A stretch of 32,000 bases of DNA from Candidatus Babelota bacterium (lineage in GTDB: Bacteria > Babelota > Babeliae > Babelales > Vermiphilaceae): contig JBDHVY010000001.1 of NCBI GenBank assembly GCA_039809905.1, positions 660,001 to 692,000 of the forward strand, read 5' to 3'. Of this stretch, positions 26,028 to 32,000 are shown in pieces. Numbering within the stretch: the first letter of the stretch is position 1; every line of letters starts with the position of its first letter. A program made the position numbers and the translations under genes. A model generated the notes under the pieces. The model was not told the DNA's origin. It saw only the letters and a program-made list of their open reading frames with translations, and ran no database searches.

Positions 26028-27119
26028 ATGAAGAAACACAAAAGCTCTCTACTACTTATACCTGTATTGGTATCACTAAGTATGGGAAATGTTCAAGCTC
26101 GTGGAAATCATGATGGATTTATTGCAGGAGCTTGTGCGGTGGGAGCGGCGCTTATTGGTGCTGCGGGCATAGCAGCTATTGCTGATTGGTGTTGTTCTGA
26201 AACAGATGACCAGCTTATCGGGCGTGTAGGAAATGAGTTTCATACTATTGCTTCTGCTTATCAACAAACAATAGATTACTTTGGGCCACGTGCAGGAGTT
26301 GGTATTCATGCGCCTCACAAACCAATTCAACATATTTCTGAAGATGTTTTATATGAATTTGCAACATTTGTTTGGAATAGTAATAGTTCTCAAGCAAGTT
26401 ATCGTTCAAAAGTATGGTCAGCAAAGAGCACGCTGCAATCGTGTATAAAAGATTTGCGCAAACGTATTAATGCGTTTGAAGGTAAATATATTGATTATGA
26501 AGACCAAAAAAGATTGGCTACTATGCGCAGTCTTCTGAAAAATGGTAATCAATTGTTGACCGATGTTTCACTTTTTGCAGATTGTTTAGAATGTCATAAA
26601 ACATATTTTACGTTATATGATTCAGTAGGAAATATTCGTAATAAATATATTCAAGAACTAACTATTATAGAATCAGGTCGATATTCAGTTGCAGCAGAAT
26701 TAAAGCAGTATGTATTGAGTTGTGATAATAGTCGATATGCATTCAAGAATTTTGTTAGTTCCCTTGAAAGCAATATTTCTCAGTTGCAATCTGATGTATA
26801 TTATCTTAAATATGGCTATGAATATGGCAGAAATTATGCAAACGGCCTTATTAACTATTTAGTTGGTATAAAAAATATTATTATAGCTGATCCTCGTTAT
26901 CAGCAAGAACTATATGAATACGAAAAAGAACGTTTAGAGTTGCAGCGTATTCAAGCTCTTGAAGAGCAAGCGCGTCTTGAGCGAGAAAGAATTCGTCTTG
27001 AACGAGAACGCAATAGAATACTTCAAGAGCGCAATCGTATAGAGCAGCAAAAAATATATACGTATTCAGTTGGCTCTGCCCCTATCGTAGATGAAATTTC
27101 AGTGCAAGTTATTTTTTAA
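26028..27119 (+). CDS. Exported protein of unknown function with C-terminal charged coiled coil
   Basis: The track ORF starts at 25989; a better start is 26028 (MKKHKSSLLLIPVLVSLSMGNVQARG). Ala/Gly-rich hydrophobic stretch; ERERIRLERERNRILQERNRIEQQK near the C-terminus. Confidence 0.7.
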   Translation: MKKHKSSLLLIPVLVSLSMGNVQARGNHDGFIAGACAVGAALIGAAGIAAIADWCCSETDDQLIGRVGNEFHTIASAYQQTIDYFGPRAGVGIHAPHKPIQHISEDVLYEFATFVWNSNSSQASYRSKVWSAKSTLQSCIKDLRKRINAFEGKYIDYEDQKRLATMRSLLKNGNQLLTDVSLFADCLECHKTYFTLYDSVGNIRNKYIQELTIIESGRYSVAAELKQYVLSCDNSRYAFKNFVSSLESNISQLQSDVYYLKYGYEYGRNYANGLINYLVGIKNIIIADPRYQQELYEYEKERLELQRIQALEEQARLERERIRLERERNRILQERNRIEQQKIYTYSVGSAPIVDEISVQVIF

Positions 27120-27148
27120 ATTAGTTTACATTCCGTTATGAATTAAAG

Positions 27149-27180
27149 GCCCAATCGAACTATTATTGCTTCGGTTGGGC
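27149..27180 (+). terminator. Stem-loop terminator
   Basis: gcccaatcgaa (27149-27159) / ttcggttgggc (27170-27180), 11-bp stem with one G-T wobble; the following T-run is weak. Confidence 0.6.
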
Positions 27181-27256
27181 TAAAATATTTCCTGGTCTTA
27201 TTTTTTGTGCTATGATTGGGCAAAATTATTTTATATGTATTTTCAAAGGAAAAAAT

Positions 27257-28282
27257 ATGAGTAGAACGATCAAAGGTGCGCAAGTTTTATTTTTTTCATT
27301 AGTTATGCATGTGTCATTTGCTGCTGAAAATGGACTTTCTTTGCAACTTTCTATGTTTGGTTCGTTTACCGCATGTGTTGCGAATGGGCTTGAGTCAGCA
27401 AAAAATACGTTTAAAAATGCAGTCTATGATGAAGAAGCCTTTAAAAAATTAGGGTGGCCTCTCTCTGATTCTCAGGCAAGAGTGGAGCTCACAGAAACTT
27501 TAGAGATGTATAAAAGAGTTTCAACACAGCAGAATCCTAACGATCGTGTTACAGATATAATTTCCATTGCAAACAGAACGAGTTATCTTGCTCGAGCATA
27601 TAGATTTATTATAGCGAGTAAATCTGATGAAGGTAAATTTGCTCGTCATTGTGTCGATCACCATTCTCCCGCAATGAATGAATCGTTAAAATCTTTATTT
27701 ATGGGATATCTTTCACAAAAAGAAGCAGAATCAGCGCAAGCTGCTGATTCTGCCCGTAAACGATTGATGAAAGATTCTTTACCAAATCAATTGCCTGAAT
27801 TATTACAACATTCAATGAGTGGATTGCGTTTATCTTCATCACATAATGAATTATTTGATAAAAAAATTCTTACCAAAATAGGATGGAGTTCTACTGATGC
27901 AAAACAGATGGCAGAAAAATATTTAAATAAATGTCTTTTGGCGTACAAAATAAAAAAAATTATGAAAACGCTAGAAGGCAGTGCACGTTTGCAAACACCA
28001 GAAGGACGTAAGGAAGCAGAAATTTCTGAGGATGATATCGTAGCGCTTAATTTTATACGAGATGTGCAGCGATTACGTGAATTTATCGAAAAGCGAGAAC
28101 ATTATATTAAGAAAATATGTGCAATGCTTAATGAACGCGGTGATGGTGTAGAATTGGCAGCACATTGTTTGAAATATCATGTATACATTATGTCAGAGAT
28201 GCTTCAAGATGATTTCCGTTTATTTATTCAAGCAAAGCAGCAACGCACTAGCGAAATTGCTCAGCAACTTTTGAATAAATAA
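27257..28282 (+). CDS. Exported helical protein of unknown function with internal duplication
   Basis: The track ORF starts at 27212; ATG at 27257 has SD aaagga and a signal peptide (MSRTIKGAQVLFFSLVMHVSFAA). The internal repeat is described in findings. Confidence 0.7.
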   Translation: MSRTIKGAQVLFFSLVMHVSFAAENGLSLQLSMFGSFTACVANGLESAKNTFKNAVYDEEAFKKLGWPLSDSQARVELTETLEMYKRVSTQQNPNDRVTDIISIANRTSYLARAYRFIIASKSDEGKFARHCVDHHSPAMNESLKSLFMGYLSQKEAESAQAADSARKRLMKDSLPNQLPELLQHSMSGLRLSSSHNELFDKKILTKIGWSSTDAKQMAEKYLNKCLLAYKIKKIMKTLEGSARLQTPEGRKEAEISEDDIVALNFIRDVQRLREFIEKREHYIKKICAMLNERGDGVELAAHCLKYHVYIMSEMLQDDFRLFIQAKQQRTSEIAQQLLNK

Positions 28283-28290
28283 GGGTAATA

Positions 28291-29808
28291 ATGAAAACAG
28301 TCAAACCAACGGCGCTTATTATTCTTGATGGTTTTGGATATCGAAAAGAAAAAAAATATAATGCTATTGCCCATGCATATATGCCGCATTTTAAAAAATG
28401 GTGGTCTGAAGATTCTCATGCCATTTTAGCAGCATCTGGAGAAGCTGTTGGTTTACCAGATAATATGATTGGTAATTCAGAGGTTGGACATCTTACTATT
28501 GGCTTAGGTCGAATTCTTGATCAGCCAATGAAAAAATGGTTAGAAAGTATTGCCAATAAATCTTTTGCTCAGAACAAAGTGTTGCAAAAACAGTTTGAAA
28601 AACTAATAGCTGTTGGTGGAAAATTGCACGTTATTGGATTACTTTCTGATGCAGGTGTGCATGCACATGAAAAACAGATACATGCAGTGATAGAATTAGC
28701 AGTCAAAGCAGGAATAAAAAAAATTATTGTGCATCCTATTTTGGATGGCAGAGATGTTTCTCCTCAGTCAGCATATGATTATCTTCATCGATTAGAACAA
28801 ATGGCAAAATATTATAATCATGGCCAAGTAATCATTGGGTCATTGCAAGGAAGATTTTATGCAATGGATCGTGATAATAATTGGGAGCGTGTAGAAAAAA
28901 GTTATCGTGTATTAACTGAGCAACAAAATGAACTATATGATTCTTGGGAAAAAGTTCTAGAACGTAATTATGCGCACACTATTACTGATGAATTTATTCC
29001 ACCAACACAACTCGATAATTCTGCTGTTATACATAATGGAGACGGTATTATATTTTGTAATGTTCGTCCTGATCGTGCACGAGAATTAACTCATTGTTTT
29101 GTTAATACTGATGCAGTTCCTTTCGTTATAAAACCATTAAACCTTACTTTTTTTGCAACTCCTGTTGCATACGGTGACAATTTAAATACGGCTGTTTTTT
29201 TTGAGCAAAAAGAAGTGCATAACACACTCAAAGATGTTTTGGCTGAACATCATAAAACTATTTTTACTATTGCTGAAACAGAAAAATATGCTCACGTAAC
29301 TTATTTTTTTCGAGGAGAGAATGAAGAACCTGTTGCAACAGAGGTACGAAAAATGATTCATTCGCTTGTAGCAAAAGATTATATTGCTCATCCAGAAATG
29401 CGAGCGCAAGAAATAACTGAAGCAGTAGTGCAATCACTTGAAAATAATACTGCTGACTTTTATCTTGTTAACTATGCCAACGCTGATATGGTTGGTCATT
29501 CAGGCAATTTCGGTGCAACAATCCAAGCTGTTGAATGTCTTGATAAGCAACTTGGCACGCTATATGACGAAATTGTAGAAAAAAGAGATGGTACATTATA
29601 CATAACGGCTGATCATGGTAAAGCGGAAGATATGTATGATGAAATAATTGGTCAACCGCGCACTGCACACACCAATAATCAAGTCCCATTTTTAATGATA
29701 AAAAAGGGGATAGAAAGTCATGCATTAGGATTGAAAGGTTTGGCCGATATTGCACCATTTATTTTGCAAAATATGGGATTGCCAGTGCCGAATGAAATTG
29801 CTAAATAG
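28291..29808 (+). CDS. gpmI: 2,3-bisphosphoglycerate-independent phosphoglycerate mutase
   Basis: 505 aa; LIILDGFGYRKEKKYNAI, MIGNSEVGHLTIGLGRILDQ, HVIGLLSDAGVHAHEKQI, HPILDGRDVSPQSA, GRFYAMDRDNNWERV, YANADMVGHSGNFGATIQAVE, TADHGKAEDM. Confidence 0.97.
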   Translation: MKTVKPTALIILDGFGYRKEKKYNAIAHAYMPHFKKWWSEDSHAILAASGEAVGLPDNMIGNSEVGHLTIGLGRILDQPMKKWLESIANKSFAQNKVLQKQFEKLIAVGGKLHVIGLLSDAGVHAHEKQIHAVIELAVKAGIKKIIVHPILDGRDVSPQSAYDYLHRLEQMAKYYNHGQVIIGSLQGRFYAMDRDNNWERVEKSYRVLTEQQNELYDSWEKVLERNYAHTITDEFIPPTQLDNSAVIHNGDGIIFCNVRPDRARELTHCFVNTDAVPFVIKPLNLTFFATPVAYGDNLNTAVFFEQKEVHNTLKDVLAEHHKTIFTIAETEKYAHVTYFFRGENEEPVATEVRKMIHSLVAKDYIAHPEMRAQEITEAVVQSLENNTADFYLVNYANADMVGHSGNFGATIQAVECLDKQLGTLYDEIVEKRDGTLYITADHGKAEDMYDEIIGQPRTAHTNNQVPFLMIKKGIESHALGLKGLADIAPFILQNMGLPVPNEIAK

Positions 29809-29811
29809 TTC

Positions 29812-29880
29812 AACATTGGTCCTCAATTTCGCAAAGTCTTAATTGGGGTCCCCATACGAAGAATGAGAATGGGGTTAAAG
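29812..29880. repeat. Degenerate G-rich intergenic element between convergent genes
   Basis: aaagtcttaattggggtccccatacgaagaatgagaatggggttaaag, similar to the element in the ftsA-ftsZ intergenic region. Confidence 0.45.
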
Positions 29881-29888
29881 TGATATGG

Positions 29889-30881
29889 CTATTTTTCAAA
29901 AATCCAATTCCAAAATCTTGTAAAACGAGAAGATGATGTTTTTTTACTATCATTGAATGTAACTATGCATACAGTTATATTATCCTCACTACCTTTATTG
30001 ATTGCTTTATCTTGTAAATCATGTGCAATAGCTTCAAGATCAATTGAATTGTTAATTTTTTCTTGTACAAATTTAACTGCTTGTATGCTTGTCATTATAT
30101 CCCATAATCCATCAGAAGCAATAATTAAAAAATGATTATCGTTTGTTAATGTTATTTCAGCATATTCTGGGGTAGCAATAATTTGATCTTTGTGTTCATT
30201 ATCTTTAAGAGTTCTATCTCCAATTGATCGTGATATCGCCAATCCATTTACGCGCCACACGCCATATTTTTCTATGTTGCCACCAGCAAGACGAATTCTA
30301 TTTAATTCATCTTTTCTATCAGGTTTATGATCCTTTGTTGTAAAAGCGACAGTGCCATTTTTTTCAAGCACTGCGCGTGAATCACCTACCCATGCCAAAT
30401 GCAAAACATTGTTTTTATCAATATAGGCCGCAACAGCAGTTGATCCATCATCAAAATTTTTTAAAGCATGGTTTTCTGCTTTTAAAAATGCAAGGTCGAA
30501 TGCAGCTTGAATGTTGGTTGCAGTAGGTATGTATTCAGTGAAATATTCATGCAAATTTTTTTGTAAATGAGAAGATGTTTTATCTCCACCATGTCCATCA
30601 TAAATGGCAAAAAACTCCCCTATATCTTCGTTCCTACTACTTTTGATTAATGCATGAGCAAATCGATCTTCTTGATAAGGGCGTTTGTTTTGTGCAGTAA
30701 CTAAGCCGTATTTTATTTTTATCGTATCTTCATTTGGCGTTGATACGATATTTTTCTTTTGCGTTAGCGTTTGTTCTGTTTTTGGTATTATTGCTGGCTT
30801 TGACTTTTGTCCTCTTTTTGCAGATACAGAACTTGTAAGAGCAAGTATTACCAGTAAAAAGATATTTTTTGTTTGTTTCAT
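29889..30881 (-). CDS. Secreted eukaryote-like PP2C (PPM) serine/threonine protein phosphatase
   Basis: 330 aa; signal peptide MKQTKNIFLLVILALTSSVSA, then NKRPYQEDRFA, FFAIYDGHGG, LHLAWVGDSRAV, DHKPDRKDELNRI, LAISRSIGDRTLK, FLIIASDGLWDIM, SEDNITVCIV. Confidence 0.93.
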   Translation of the reverse strand: MKQTKNIFLLVILALTSSVSAKRGQKSKPAIIPKTEQTLTQKKNIVSTPNEDTIKIKYGLVTAQNKRPYQEDRFAHALIKSSRNEDIGEFFAIYDGHGGDKTSSHLQKNLHEYFTEYIPTATNIQAAFDLAFLKAENHALKNFDDGSTAVAAYIDKNNVLHLAWVGDSRAVLEKNGTVAFTTKDHKPDRKDELNRIRLAGGNIEKYGVWRVNGLAISRSIGDRTLKDNEHKDQIIATPEYAEITLTNDNHFLIIASDGLWDIMTSIQAVKFVQEKINNSIDLEAIAHDLQDKAINKGSEDNITVCIVTFNDSKKTSSSRFTRFWNWIFEK

Positions 30882-30940
30882 AGCTTCCTTTTTAAGGCAT
30901 TATATTTTTTATGAATATAAAAAGTAAAGCATATCAGTTT

Positions 30941-31375
30941 CTAGTCAATTCGAGAGGAATACCACCATGCGCCAACTAAGAGAGTAGATGCAGCAAAAGC
31001 GTGATAACTATATTGACGCATGGGATGCATGACCTGAATTTGAGATGAACCAGAACAAGAAAATTGATCTGTATTGATTGTAGGTTTATAGGTTGTGTAG
31101 AATATAAGGCGTAAGCTGCCTGATGAGTGACCTTTTATATTGATGTTTTGTACTGATGAAGGTATGCGAATTTCACACATAGCAGAACCACTTAGTGCGG
31201 TAGATATTTCTATTTCATCTATATCTTTGTCTATATCATATTTTTCATAAAAAGAGCCAGAGCCGTTGAATGTGAGCTGCTTTTTTTTTGCTTGTTTTCC
31301 GCCATCTGCAGCATACATTAATGATGTAGTGAATAGTATCGGTAATAATGCCGAAATCAATGTTGTTTTTTTCAT
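30941..31375 (-). CDS. Exported protein of unknown function (possible beta-rich DUF2807-like fold)
   Basis: The track ORF starts at 31414; MKKTTLISALLPILFTTSLMYA at 31375 is a signal peptide. Repeated short motifs GSGSF / LSGSAMCEI / SSGSLRLI / CSGSSQIQV. Hydrophobic C-terminal segment. Confidence 0.6.
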   Translation of the reverse strand: MKKTTLISALLPILFTTSLMYAADGGKQAKKKQLTFNGSGSFYEKYDIDKDIDEIEISTALSGSAMCEIRIPSSVQNINIKGHSSGSLRLIFYTTYKPTINTDQFSCSGSSQIQVMHPMRQYSYHAFAASTLLVGAWWYSSRID

Positions 31376-31404
31376 TTTATAATTTCTCATGTTTATGTTA
31401 TTTA

Positions 31405-31956
31405 TTATGGCCAATATTCAAAGAATAAATATCCATTTTCATCAAACATTTCTTTAAAATCAAGTTCTCTATAAATTTTTTGTGCTGGAAGATTTGCAAC
31501 ACGTGTCCACAGTGCAATATGCGTTGCTCCTATTGCAAATAATTCTTTCATAGCTCGTAGTGCTAAAATTTTGCCATATCCACGGCCTCTAAATGCTTCA
31601 TCAACAGCTAAGAATAGAAGGCGTCCTTGTGTGCGATTTTCCATAAAGTAAGCAGCAAATCCAGCAACTTTATCTTGTTCACGTAATACTTTAATATGAA
31701 GTGATCCAAAATGTGCAGGATTTGCATCATACGTGCGATGTTTAATCATAAAAGACGGAGATGATTCTGTGCTTGCAAGTAACCAATACCAATTTTTGTT
31801 AAAAATATCCATTATTCCATCAGTATCTCGAGAGGGATTAAAATCATAGATATTATCTTGTGGCAGAGCATTATGATAACGATATACAGCAATGCCGCTG
31901 CACGCAGCAATTAAAATAGTTAAGAATAAAATTATTTTTTTTGTACGAGATAACAT
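31405..31956 (-). CDS. GNAT-family N-acetyltransferase with lipobox/signal sequence
   Basis: 183 aa; KKIILFLTILIAACSG (lipobox IAAC), then GRLLFLAVDEAFRGRGYGKILALRAMKELFAIGATHIALWTRVANLPAQKIYRELDF (GNAT motif A/B). Confidence 0.85.
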   Translation of the reverse strand: MLSRTKKIILFLTILIAACSGIAVYRYHNALPQDNIYDFNPSRDTDGIMDIFNKNWYWLLASTESSPSFMIKHRTYDANPAHFGSLHIKVLREQDKVAGFAAYFMENRTQGRLLFLAVDEAFRGRGYGKILALRAMKELFAIGATHIALWTRVANLPAQKIYRELDFKEMFDENGYLFFEYWP

Positions 31957-32000
31957 TAGATTCCTTATTTTAACCCCATATTACATTTCATTTTTCATGG

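Noticed and set aside
26076-26333. Minus-strand 85-aa ORF
   Set aside because: Antisense to the exported protein gene at 26028-27119; no supporting signal.
30941-31375. Firm assignment as a DUF2807/GIN-domain adhesin
   Set aside because: Repeated (C)SGSxxI-type motifs are suggestive, but too short and diverged to assert without an HMM comparison; kept as unknown.
1-32000. CRISPR arrays, transposases/IS elements, prophage genes, restriction-modification or known defence systems, tRNA/rRNA genes
   Set aside because: I looked through intergenic gaps and ORF translations and saw no regularly spaced repeats, DDE/tyrosine/serine recombinases, cas genes, or tRNA-like cloverleaf sequences; tRNAscan-SE/Infernal would be needed to exclude small RNAs definitively.

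Overview
This is a 32 kb, AT-rich, gene-dense bacterial chromosome segment. It mixes housekeeping genes (valS, tyrS, truB, hsp20, alr, a SpoU-type rRNA methyltransferase, a diverged ftsQ candidate, ftsA, ftsZ, an aldehyde dehydrogenase, gpmI) with about 15 predicted exported or membrane proteins, mostly of unknown function. The overall character (reduced genome, Rickettsia-like ValRS, exported eukaryote-like domains) fits an intracellular lineage such as Candidatus Dependentiae/TM6, but that is an inference and not proven by this sequence. I saw no CRISPR array, intact transposon, prophage, rRNA or tRNA. The most interesting observations are: (1) an exported 580-aa protein with a C-terminal HGxxRxxER domain that looks like a BECR/DUF4258-like RNase toxin, overlapping the first of two tandem paralogous Cys-rich mini-proteins, which together form a candidate toxin-immunity locus; (2) three tandem exported paralogs of an unrecognised family; (3) an M50-like membrane protein that has lost its metal-binding motifs; (4) a secreted eukaryote-like PP2C phosphatase; (5) a lipobox-bearing GNAT and a lipoprotein with a degenerate Nudix box; (6) a truncated deoxynucleoside-kinase-like ORF; (7) a diverged FtsQ candidate directly upstream of ftsA; (8) a degenerate dispersed G-rich intergenic element; (9) two exported proteins with ancient internal duplications.
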